Origin: Eledone cirrhosa
Taxonomy: Eukaryota
Direction of reading: 5' to 3'
NCBI GenBank assembly: GCA_964016885.1
Contig: OZ024740.1
Coordinates: 214,582,001-214,646,000, forward strand
Length of the DNA: 64,000 nucleotides
Under the pieces are notes generated by a model. That model searched no databases and was not told the DNA's origin. It was given only the letters and a program-made list of their open reading frames with translations. A program made the position numbers and the translations under genes. Shown piece by piece: positions 52,570 through 64,000 of this stretch (positions within the stretch are counted from its first letter, which is position 1; each line of letters opens with the position of its first letter).

Positions 52570-53350
52570 TCCACCAAACTCTTCTCCTCTCTATGTCTAT
52601 AGCACAAAACTCTCTTTTAATCCACCTCACTATATCTACTAAAACCAAACTCTCCCCCGCTCTATATCTACTATACATAACTCTCTTCCAATCCCCTCTC
52701 TATATCTATTAATACCAAACTCTCCCCCTCTTTATATCTACTACACGGAATTCTCTTCCAATTCCCTTCTCTATACCAAGAAACATCAATCTCTCCCCCT
52801 CTCTATATCTAATACACAACACAGTCTTCCAGCTCGCTCACTATATCTATCATACAACACTTTCTCTCATCCCCTCTCACTCTATCCATCACTACCAAAC
52901 TCTCCCCCTCTCTACATCAACTATATAACACTCTCAGAATGCCCCTCTCTATATCAATTAACACCAAACTCTCCCCCTCCCTATATCTACTACACGGAAC
53001 TCTTTTCCAAAAGCCCTCTCTATATCAATTGGCACTAAACTCTCCCCGCTCTATATCTACTACATGATACTCTTTTCCCCAATCCCCCTCTCTATATCTA
53101 TCAATACCTATCTCTATCAATCCTCTCACTCTATTCATTACCACAAAACTCTCACCCTCTCTATATCAACCGCACAACATTCTTGCCCAATCTCCCTCTC
53201 TATATCAATTAACACCAAACTCTCATCCTCTCTATATCTACTACATGGAACTCTCTTCCAATCCTCCTCTATATATCAATTAACACCAAACTCTCCCCCT
53301 CTCTATATCTACTACACGGAACTATCTTCCAATTCCCCTCTCTATCTATC
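52570..53350. repeat. Degenerate C/T-rich minisatellite (about 70-bp dimeric unit)
   Basis: Recurrent CAAACTCTCCCCCTCTCTATATCTACTACACGGAACTCTCTTCCAATCCCCTCTCTATATC. Confidence 0.85.
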
Positions 53351-53562
53351 TATATAATACTAAAACTCTGTGATTGCGTGCTTGTCTGTAATTTAATACA
53401 TCCAAAACGCCGCATAATAGGAAAATACCTTGAAAGCAAGTTGCCCCTGAAATGGGAATACAGATGGAATAAAACAAGTTTCGTGTAAATTGGAGCTCGT
53501 GTTCCCGAGATACGGGGCTTTTCCGGGTACCTTCATAAATAGCCAACAGCTCCGTGATAACC

Positions 53563-54497
53563 AATAACCCTCTTTCTATATATTATAACCCTCTCTCTAT
53601 ATATATATATTATAACCCTCTCTCTATATATATTATGACCCTCTCTCTATATATATATTATAACCCTCTCTCTCCATATATATTATAACCCTCTCTCTAT
53701 ATATATATTATAACCCCCTCTCTCTATATATATTATAACCCTCTCTCTATATATATATTATAACCGTCTCTATATATATTATGACCCTCTTTCTTTCTAT
53801 ATATTATAACCCTCTCTATATATATATCATAACCCTCTCTCTTTCTATATATTATAACCCCCTCTCTCTATATATATATTATAACCCACTCTCTATATAT
53901 ATTATAACCCTCTCTATATATATATTATAACCCTCTTTCTTTCTATATATCATAACCCCCTCTCTCTATATATATATTATAACCCTCTCTCTATATATAT
54001 TATAACCCTCTATATATATATTATAACCCTCTCACTCTATATATATATCATAACCCTCTCTCTTTCTATATATCATAACCCCCTCTCTCTATATATATAT
54101 TATAACCCTCTCTCTATATATATCATAACCCTCTCTCTCTCTATATATATCATAACCCTCTCTCTTTCTATATATCATAACCCCCTCTCTCTATATATAT
54201 TATAACCCTCTCTATATACATCATAACCCTCTCTCTTTCTATATATCATAACCCCCTCTCTCTATAAATATTATAACCCTCTCTATATACATCATAACCC
54301 TCTCTCTTTCTATATATCATAACCCCCTCTCTCTATATATATTATAACCCTCTCTCTCTATACATCATAACCCTCTCTCTTTCTATATATCATAACCCCT
54401 CTCTCTATATACATCATAACCCTCTCTCTTTCTATATATCATAACCCCCTCTCTATATATATATTATAACCCTCTCTATATACATCATAACCCTCTC
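53563..54497. repeat. Minisatellite of about 20-26-bp units, ATAACCC(TC)n(TA)n
   Basis: Direct tandem inspection. Confidence 0.95.
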
Positions 54498-54803
<306 letters not shown>

Positions 54804-55437
54804 TGTGTGTGTGTGTGTGTGTACGTCATGCATACATATATAAACAGTGAATGAGAGAGGGAGAGCCAGAGATAGAGATATATAGATAGATAGAGAGAGA
54901 GTGTGAGAGAGAGAGAGAGAGAGTATATACACATACGTGTGTCGTATGGTTCAGGAATAAACCCTGTAAAGATATCATGGAGTACATACAAATGTCCAGA
55001 TTGCTCATTTACATATTGGTTGTTGTTTCTTTTATTTTTACTTTTATTTGTATGTTTTTCCTTTTATTTATCTATCTATTTATGTTTTGGGGGTTGTTTT
55101 TTGGTTTTTCTTTTTGTTTCAGCTGTAAAAAAAAGTTCTGGAAAGAAACCGAGTTACGAAAACATTTGTGAAATTTCACAAATGCTTTCCAGCTTAGTAA
55201 AGCTGTGCCTGATAGATTTTATTCATCAAGATAAGTTCATCTAGGATCTAGCATGAATATTTAACAACCAGTATGTGACAGGCCGACCTAAGAAACTATT
55301 ATTTCAATGCTTCTCTCGTGCTAATAGAATAAAAATGAATAAAGCGTGGATAATGTCGGGTGGATTCACGTTTCACAGTTCAGTAAGCGTAAAATAGCAG
55401 CATAGTATGTGATGGCGCTTTCTTTCTCATTTGCTTT

Positions 55438-55475
<38 letters not shown>

Positions 55476-55477
55476 GC

Positions 55478-55533
<56 letters not shown>

Positions 55534-55922
55534 ATGCCTGCACGACCGAAGAGTTCAACTCATCTTAAACGATGTTTAGGGTGTTTTAGTATTAACCTTT
55601 TCTCACTTCCTCATTCTTTATGCTTTTCTTTATTGCACTCTCCCTCCTCCCTCACTACCACACCCTCTCTCACTTCTTTTTCTTTTTCTTCTTCTTCTTC
55701 TTTGGTTAACCGTTTGCAGATGTGAGCGCATGCGTCCCTACACACGTCCGCACACACGCACATACACACATATGTATGTATGTATATATATATATATATA
55801 TATAATGTTTGGGTGTATGTAGATGCATGTATATATTATATATATATGAAAATATATAGATGCATGTATATATTATATATGAAAATATGTAGATGCATGT
55901 ATATATTATATATATATATATA

Positions 55923-56100
55923 GGAACGAGTAGGACCCCGACGGCTGAGCTCAAGCCGTTTCGACGGCTAATTCTGGACGAAACGGCTTGAGCTCAGCCG
56001 TCGGGGTCCTACTCGTTCCTATTACCCACTCTACTACCCTAAGTATTGAGTACTTTGGTGCGTTATGGTCCATCTGGTTTCTTACCACATTTCCTTCGTT
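55923..56100 (+). mobile_element. Fold-back copy of family B
   Basis: 55923-55979 is inverted, then GAAA-CGGCTTGAGCTCAGCCG-TC-GGGGT...CCTTCGTT(TA)n. Confidence 0.8.
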
Positions 56101-56148
56101 ATATATATATATATATATATATATGATGTCTGGGTGTTTGTAGATGCA

Positions 56149-56201
<53 letters not shown>

Positions 56202-57148
56202 CTCTGACACACACGCACCCGCACATGTTTGCATTTACAAAGGCGTGAAAATACGCATATACATACATATTTACATACGTAAATATGTTCATACATATAA
56301 AGGCGTGTGTGGACACACGTGTGAACCTGTGTGTGTGAGTGTATGTGTTGCGTGTGTGAGTGCATGTATGAGTGTATATACTGTGTGTGTGGAGTGTGTG
56401 AGTGTATTTTTGGTGTATGTGTGGTGTGTTTGTGTGCGTATGTGCATGCTGCATGTGATTCTGTAATTTGTACGCAAGGACCTGAACCGTGGATTTAGGT
56501 TATTTTGAGAATAATAAAGAATTAGGGCGGGAGAGATAATAAACCAATGAAATAGTCAACAAAACTACAGAGTATCAAGTGATCAGTGTCCATAATTTTA
56601 TGGTTGTGTTCAGAGAATGGAAGCTGGTCAGAGAATGGAAGCTGGTCAGAGCACACGTCTCTCTTCCGTGTACTTTGTTCCTCTCTTGACAGCCTGATTA
56701 CCTCCCTTCATTAAATCACCTGTGAAATCAAGCATATGATTAGTAATTGCTTGCTAAGAAGAAAGGGGTGGAGGAAGGAAAGAAAGAACGAAGGAATGAG
56801 AAAAGCAAATGTAAATCACGTGCTTAATTTATAATCTATCGGCAGGGCGTATCAATAGAATAAGAAATGATTAGAAAAGAAAAGAAAGGAAAAAACAGAT
56901 AGATAGATAGAGAGAGAGAGTGAGAGAGAGAGAGCGAGAGAGAGAGAGAGAGAGAGATACATATATATATAGAGAGAGAAATAGATAGATAGATTGATAG
57001 ATATATATATATATAGAGAGAGAGAGACATATATATAGAGAGAAATAGATATATAGATTAATAGATAGATAGAGAGAGAGAGAGACATATATAGAGAGAG
57101 GTAGATTGATAGATTCATAGATAGATACATAGATAGATAGATAGAGAT

Positions 57149-57181
<33 letters not shown>

Positions 57182-57256
57182 CATATATAGAGAGAGTGAG
57201 AGAGATAAATTTATTTATTTATATATAGAGATAGATAGATAGGTAGATAGGTAATA

Positions 57257-57845
57257 GACTTTTGGGAGGCTCCCATACAGCTCTGAGTTTTTCATCCTCA
57301 GTGTATACTGATTAATGTTCAGAGCCATCCTCAGCATTCTCGTATAGCACCCATCCACCATCTGAGTGAGTTTCTTGGTCAGTGTACAAGTCTCTGACCC
57401 GTACAGCAGCACAGACTCCACTACAGCAATGAAGAGGCGGATCTTCAGGTCATCACGAAGGTCCGATTTCCTCCACACCGATCTCAAACTGTGGCACGCC
57501 ACCCAGGCTTTGCTCTTCCTCTCAACCACATCATCTTCCGTATTCCCAATCTTTGCTCCCAAATACAGGAAGTCCTCAACTAATTCCAGCGGCTTCAAAA
57601 GTGAGACAGAGGAGATTGGGATTAGCTGGACACGCTCACCGACATCCAGAGTTGACACTGCACTCAGTGCTCCTGTGGGAGCCCCTGCATGGACACACTG
57701 GAAGTGGAAGACCAAGGCTAACGTATGTTGGTGCCCTAAGGACAGACACTGGTCTATTGGAGACGCAGGACATGGCAGCGATAATGAGGGACAGAGACCG
57801 CTGGAGAGAACTCGTCCATGGATCTCGGGAATTTTACCCGCCCTA
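57257..57845. mobile_element. RTE-like LINE 3' end with 5' inversion, in (TAGA)n
   Basis: Minus 57257-57595: EDFLYLG..VESVLLYGSET..YTRMLRMALNI..ELYGSLPKV. Plus 57595-57845: SKVRQRRLGLAGH..GRPRLTY..DRDRWR. Confidence 0.88.
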
Positions 57846-58059
57846 GATAGATAGATAGATATAGATAGATCGATAGATTTAGTTAAAATACGAAGTAAAC
57901 TATAGAATTATATAAAATATTTTACCATACTAACTAGAATATTATATCTACGGTATCTTATAGTTTAATGTCTCTCTGTTCTGAATTCAAATCTGCCAGA
58001 TCTGTGTTGAAGTTCTCCAGATATAGAATGAGGCTCGGCTGAAAAGTTTATAGGCTGAA

Positions 58060-58453
58060 GGGTCTTTGGAGCAACGTTACTCGATTGAGTGCGTAGCTCC
58101 GGAGATCAGAGAGTCACTCTAGGTAGAACTGCCACTTGAGAGATCACAGCTCCAATACTATGGACATGCGGTTAGAATGTCTCAGGAAAGAATCACTGGA
58201 CATATTTTACAGGCAAAACCAACCGGCAGGAGACCCAGGCGTAGAGCTCTACGCAAAATGGATGGATAACATCCATGAGCTTGGCTGGTCTCGCTTGGGG
58301 GGATCCAGTCGGACCTGCTGGAGATGGTTACTTCTGACAGGACTGGCTGGAAGGAATGTTTGAGGGTCCTGCCATCCACGACCCTCCCAAGAAGAAGAAG
58401 AAGAAGAAGAAGAAGAAGAAGAAGAAGAAGAAGAAGAAGAAGAAGAAGAAGAA
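58060..58453 (+). mobile_element. RTE 3' fragment with (GAA)n tail (same family as 50505-51652)
   Basis: GTTACTCGAT..GGAGATCAGAGAGTCACTC.AGGTAG..CATGAGCTTGG..CACGACCCTCCCA shared with 51300-51615. Confidence 0.75.
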
Positions 58454-58844
58454 GGGAGTGACATATAATTGTCAATAGATCTAATGATTAGTTCCATTGG
58501 GAGAAAGATGTTTCATGTCTTAATTTCGAATTAAACAAATTGAACACAGATGTCGATATCGGAAATCTCCTTTTATTGGAATCAAAAGAGTTAAATCGAT
58601 CGATCATTGATATATATCATTTCATCAGTTCCGGAGAGATAAAACAACGTCAGTAGGACAATAAATATTCTTTAAAAAATCAAAACACTGAAATTGACAA
58701 CATTAAAAGATTCCATCAAAACTCCCGGATTTTTTCGGTATATTCTTGGATCTATTCTAAATGATACAAATCTGTGTAGAACATGGAACATTGTAAGTTC
58801 CTTTCTTTGAAAATTAAAGATGCTATTGTGTGCAGTATAACAGT

Positions 58845-60003
58845 AAACCCCAGTATATTACAGCTACAACAGGTATCGACTCCATCTATCTTATCATCAT
58901 TGGCAATATCGGTAGAGGGTCGGACGCCATGCTTTGCAGCACAGTTACGTCCCTTTACGGTCTGAGTTCAAATCCCGCCGAGGTTAACTTTGCCTTTTAT
59001 CCTTACGGGGTTGATAAAATAAAGTACCAGTAATGCACTGGGTAATTGCTGGCTTTGTGCCAAAAGCAGAACAATTATTGAACTCCCTCTCCCCAGTATA
59101 TTACAGCTACAACAGGTATCGACTCCATCTAACTAATCCTCATTAATGAACTCCCCCTCCCCAGTATATTAAAGCTGCAACAGCTATCAACTCCATCTAA
59201 CTAATTCTCATTACTGAACTCTCCCTCCTCAGTATATTACAGCTACAACAGGTATCAACTCCATTTAACTTATCATAGAGCGTTAGACACCATGCTTTGC
59301 AGCATAGAGCTATGACGCCTTTACGTTCTGAGTTCAAATCCCAGCGAGGTCAACTTTACCTTTCATCCAGTCAAGGTCGATAAAATGTACCAGTCTAGTA
59401 CTGGGCTCGATTATTCTTCTCTATCTCTTTCTCACTTTCTCTCACTTTCTATCCTTCTCTAGAAGAAATCTGCTGTATTTAGGCCTGGCGAGGGATGGGC
59501 AACACCAGGCTTAAAATGTCCACGACCCACCGTACGAGTATAACAATGCAGGGCGCCCTCAGGAGTTACGGGACCATATCAAATAAAATTACAAGATGTT
59601 CTTAATTTATAGAGATGTGTGGTGTACATATGATCTTTATCACTTCGTTAAAACTTCCCATTTTCCCCTGTTTTTATGTTCTATTTATCAGAGATTATTT
59701 CGGTGGATTGCCGAGGTTAACTTTACCTTTCATCCTTACGGGGTCGATAAAATAAAGTACCAGTAATGCACTGGGTATTTTATGGCCTTGTGCCAAAAGT
59801 AGAAACAATTATTTCGGTGGATTGGCAGTATCGGTAGAGGTCGGACGCCATGCTTTCCAGCATAGTTACGTCCCTTTACGATCTGAGTTCAAATCCCGCC
59901 GAGGTTGACTTTGCCTTTCATCCTTACGGGGTCGATAAAATAAAGTACCAGTAATGCACTGGGTATGTTGCTGGCCTTGTGCCTAAAGTAGAAACAATTA
60001 TTT
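58845..60003 (+). mobile_element. Cluster of major-family SINEs (58900-59079, 59275-59575, 59705-59812, 59813-60003) with a repeat of about 68 bp at 59075-59275
   Basis: Repeated GAGTTCAAATCCCGCCGAGGTTAACTTTGCCTTTCATCCTTACGGGGTCGATAAAATAAAGTACCAG. Confidence 0.85.
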
Positions 60004-60337
60004 TGATTTTATTCTTGACTACAACATTAATTTCATAGCTCATCAAGTAAATATAAATAAGAATAAATAAGATAACTTAATTACAAAATGTCAGCCAAGT
60101 AAAGACATTTATCTCTATATAACCTAATCTCTATATCAGGCTGAGTATATGTATAAAAAAATATAACACTATTAAAAAATATGTATATATGTATGTGTGT
60201 GTATGTGTATGTGTGTGTGTATGTGTGTGTGTGTGTATGTACGATGGCATTCTACATTTCCCTCTAAGAAACTGTCTATAAGTAACAGGACAGTTAAAGA
60301 CTTATTGCAAAGTTAGATAACTTTTTTAACATCCTCT

Positions 60338-60784
60338 TACCCTCGAAGGGTCCCAAATAATAGGGGTGGGTGAATAAACGGGGGTGGGTGGAATAAGTGG
60401 GGATAGGGTGGAATATGTGGGGGTGGGGTGGAATATGTGAAAGTGTTGGAATAAGCAGGAGGGGTTGAAAATCGGTAATTTTTCTAAGTTGTCTCCGTTG
60501 ATTTCTTTAAAAACCAGAATTAGTCGTTTAGTTTACATATTGAGATCTCCATCTATCCTGTTTATTTTATAATGTATGAGATTTCTAGAAATGTACTTTT
60601 TTGTCATGTATTATGTTTTTTAATGAATATAGAAAATTAATTGTCGCAGGAATGCTACCACTTAAAATTAAATTTCCTAGAGTTAGATTAGCATAATTTA
60701 ATAAGCTGAGGGGATGGGTTGGAAAAATTTGAAAAATTAATAAGTGTGTGGGGGGGGGGGACGTTTATTCGAGACCCGAGAATA
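60338..60784. mobile_element. Degenerate Tc1/mariner-superfamily MITE
   Basis: Imperfect TIRs TACCCTCGaaGGGTCCCAAATAA / TTATTCGAGACCCGAGAATA; the same right terminus occurs at about 51670. Confidence 0.45.
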
Positions 60785-61164
60785 TTTGTGTGAAGAACGG
60801 GGTCAACTTTACTAACACCTACTTAAATTATATTTGTTTAACTACTTTTCTTTGATATATTTATAATTTCGTACTGCATGACTAGAAATTTAATAATATT
60901 ATAATTTGGAATATAAATGGTGGACTGCCCGGTTAGTTATGACTCACCCTGTATTTAAGCCAGCAGATAATTTACGCGTTATAATCTCAACTATTGTTAC
61001 TTGACGCTATAGCCATATCTACTGGTTATTACACATCTCAATCTATTCCTGTTCTTTAGACATTACTTTTTACGACCACCACTAATCCGAACTGAACTCT
61101 CATATTTCTAAAGTATGCAACACAATACCAATAACAATTTCAACCAGTCTCCATTACAGTAACG

Positions 61165-62663
61165 TGTCATATCACCATCAACACACCAGTCCGGCATCAT
61201 TTCACCACCAACACACCAGTCCGGCATCATTTCACCACCAACACACCAGTCCGGCATCATTTCACCACCAACACACCACTCCGGCATCATTTCACCACCA
61301 ACACACCACTCCGGTGTCATATCACCATCAACACACCAGTCCGGCATCATTTCACCACCAACACACCACTCCGGCATCATTTCACCACCAACACACCACT
61401 CCGGCATCATTTCACCACCAACACACCGGTCCAGCATCATTTCACCACCAACACACCACTCCGGCATCATTTCACCACCAACACACCACTCCGGTGTCAT
61501 ATCACCATCAACACACCAGTCCGGCATCATTTCACCACCAACACACCACTCCGGTATCATTTCACCACCAACACACCGGTCCAGCATCATTTCACCACCA
61601 ACACACCGGTCCGGCATCATTTCACCACCAACACACCACTCCGGCATCATTTCACCACCAACACACCAGTCCAGCATCATTTCACCACCAACACACCGGT
61701 CCAGCATCATTTCACCACCAACACACCACTCCGGCATCATTTCACCACCAACACACCACTCCGGTGTCATATCACCATCAACACACCAGTCCGGCATCAT
61801 TTCACCACCAACACACCAGTCCGGCATCATTTCACCACCAACACACCACTCCGGCATCATTTCACCACCAACACACCGGTCCAGCATCATTTCACCACCA
61901 ACACACCAGTCCAGCATCATTTCACCACCAACACACCGGTCCAGCATCATTTCACCACCAACACACCACTCCGGTGTCATTTCACCACCAACACACCAGT
62001 CTGGCATCATTTCACCACCAACACACCAGTCCAGCATCATTTCACCACCAACACACCGGTCCAGCATCATTTCACCACCAACACACCACTCCGGTGTCAT
62101 TTCACCACCAACACACCAGTCCAGCATCATTTCACCACCAACACACCGGTCCAGCATCATTTCACCACCAACACACCACTCCGGTGTCATTTCACCACCA
62201 ACACACCAGTCCAGCATCATTTCACCACCAACACACCAGTCCGGCATCATTTCACCATCAACACACCACTCCGGCATCATTTCACCACCAACACACCAGT
62301 CCAGCATCATTTCACCACCAACACACCGGTCCAGCATCATTTCACCACCAACACACCACTCCGGTGTCATTTCACCACCCACACACCAGTCCGGCATCAT
62401 TTCACCACCAACACACCGGTCCAGCATCATTTCACCACCAACACACCACTCCGGTGTCATTTCACCACCAACACACCAGTCCAGCATCATTTCACCATCA
62501 ACACACCGGTCCAGCATCATTTCACCACCAACACACCGGTCCAGCATCATTTCACCACCAACACACCAGTCCAGCATCATTTCACCACCAACACACCGGT
62601 ACAGCATCATTTCACCACCAACACACCAGTCCAGCATCATTTCACCACCAACACACCAGTCCG
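61165..62663. repeat. 30-bp minisatellite, about 50 units
   Basis: TCATTTCACCACCAACACACCAGTCCGGCA with few variant positions. Confidence 0.97.
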
Positions 62664-63000
62664 AAATTAATAATTTATAAATTTTTCCTCTATTATATAG
62701 TTACATACTTTAGCATCTTCGAATATATTTTTTAGTATAGTATCTAATTTAATCTAACTTAAGTTATAAATAAATAGACTAACGGTCAATATTCGTTTTT
62801 GGTTTGATTTTTTTTTTTACCAATCCGATATCGTCATACTATCGCCAGTTCAAAAACGTCAATACCAACTGGAATATTTCTTCCACTCATATATCTTCTG
62901 TGTTGAGGTTGTTTTCTCTATCTCATATGCTTGCCGGCTACGGATCTGAATAGCTCGTCTGACCGCCTGCATATCAAATGATTTCTACATCTCCAGTGGA

Positions 63001-63073
63001 TTTTATCTGAAGAGAAAATGTTTTGGCTTATGTTTTACATAAGCCTTGCATCTTCGAAATACGTATAATAAAA
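63001..63073 (+). ncRNA. Type I hammerhead ribozyme
   Basis: TTTTAT-CTGAAGA-GAAaATG(tttt)GGCTTATG(tttta)CATAAGCC(ttg)CATcTTC-GAAA-TACGTA-TA-ATAAAA; palindromic stem III. Confidence 0.85.
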
Positions 63074-63342
63074 TAGATTGGGATGGAATAAAGTAACTGT
63101 CTTTCGTTTACTATTATTATAATAAAACTCCGAATAAACATATACCGTTGAGTGCTTGACATCTGTTATATATAAGTCAGCTGATTCTAAATCAACTAAC
63201 TCTTTTTCATTGAACAAATATATATATATATATATAGTAATAATAATAACTTTAATCTGTTATTTTTTTAAAAATATATATATATATATATATTTATTCA
63301 GAATAATAATAAATGAAGACTTTCACTTAATCAAAATATACG

Positions 63343-63404
63343 TTTTATTATATATATTTCGAAGGTACTGTGCTGTTTTTTCAGTACGTCCTCGTCAGAT
63401 AAAA
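63343..63404 (-). ncRNA. Type I hammerhead ribozyme
   Basis: Reverse complement: TTTTAT-CTGACGA-GGAcGTACTG(aaaaaacagca)CAGTACcTTC-GAAA-TATATA-TA-ATAAAA. Confidence 0.8.
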
Positions 63405-63667
63405 TACATGAATTGATGTATGACATACCTCAACTGTCTTGATAGTTCAATTCCAGTATTGGCAGTGATTTATTACAACAAATATCAACATTTATATACA
63501 ACAAATAATAACATCATATACTTAAATTTAAAGAAGAAGAGGATGTGGAGTGAAATGTGGGTATATGGAGGGGGTGAATATAGGGAAATGCAAGAAGAAA
63601 TTTAAATATTTATGTATGTATGTGTTTATTTATTTTCTTCTTGCATTTCCCTATATTCATCCATGTA

Positions 63668-63729
63668 TTTTATCTGACGAGGACGTACTGAAAAAACAGC
63701 ACAGTACCTTTGAAATATATATAATAAAA
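63668..63729 (+). ncRNA. Type I hammerhead ribozyme
   Basis: TTTTAT-CTGACGA-GGAcGTACTG(aaaaaacagca)CAGTACcTTT-GAAA-TATATA-TA-ATAAAA. Confidence 0.78.
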
Positions 63730-63869
63730 CATATATTTTGATTATGTGAAAGTCTTCATTTATTATTATTCTGAATAATAATAACTCCAGAAAACTTTCT
63801 TGTAGAGTGCTTTTAATCTATTGTAAAATTATATTCATTGAATAATCAATGAACCATATTAATATTTGG

Positions 63870-63914
<45 letters not shown>

Positions 63915-64000
63915 CTACTATGTGAGAAAAACCACAAACCCTCCATCTCAATTCTAATTTTGAAAAGCACAAGAACTGCGAAGCCGGTAAAGGAACCAAA

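Larger units (their letters stand above)
63295..63870. mobile_element. Fold-back element with divergent hammerheads; outer arms 63295-63411 / 63662-63777 and inner hairpin 63575-63659
   Basis: Reverse-complement arms with few mismatches; (TA)n on both sides; tail ACTCCAG..TTGTAGAGTGCTT shared with 34490-34520. Confidence 0.8.

Noticed and set aside
61108-62735. 510-aa and 523-aa ORFs on opposite strands
   Set aside because: Both arise from a 30-bp tandem repeat lacking stops; open frames on both strands are no evidence of coding.

Overview
AT-rich eukaryotic genomic DNA, very dense in repeats, with a 200-N gap at 39760-39959. The SINE families and microsatellite load resemble an octopus or other cephalopod genome (inference). 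No intact host protein-coding gene is recognisable; most long ORFs in the track are read-throughs of micro- or minisatellites. Conventional content: two Tx1/L1-clade LINEs (17.6-21.6 kb, 25.0-30.8 kb), R4/Dong-like and CRE-like restriction-endonuclease retrotransposons, several RTE fragments (one with a twin-priming inversion), mariner and hAT MITEs, many tRNA-derived SINE copies and several minisatellites. The main hidden signal is about 10 complete or near-complete and about 7 partial type I hammerhead ribozyme motifs, found by eye. They belong to several sequence-unrelated short elements, nearly all embedded in (TA)n tracts, and many form fold-back or tandem structures whose breakpoints sit at or near the ribozyme. 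This points to Penelope-like pseudo-LTR or retrozyme-type elements. Two families carry a non-canonical UUGAnA core (U3-A8 instead of C3-G8), and one has a 319-nt tandem monomer consistent with a circular-RNA retrozyme. All RNA structures were assigned by manual pairing, not by computation.
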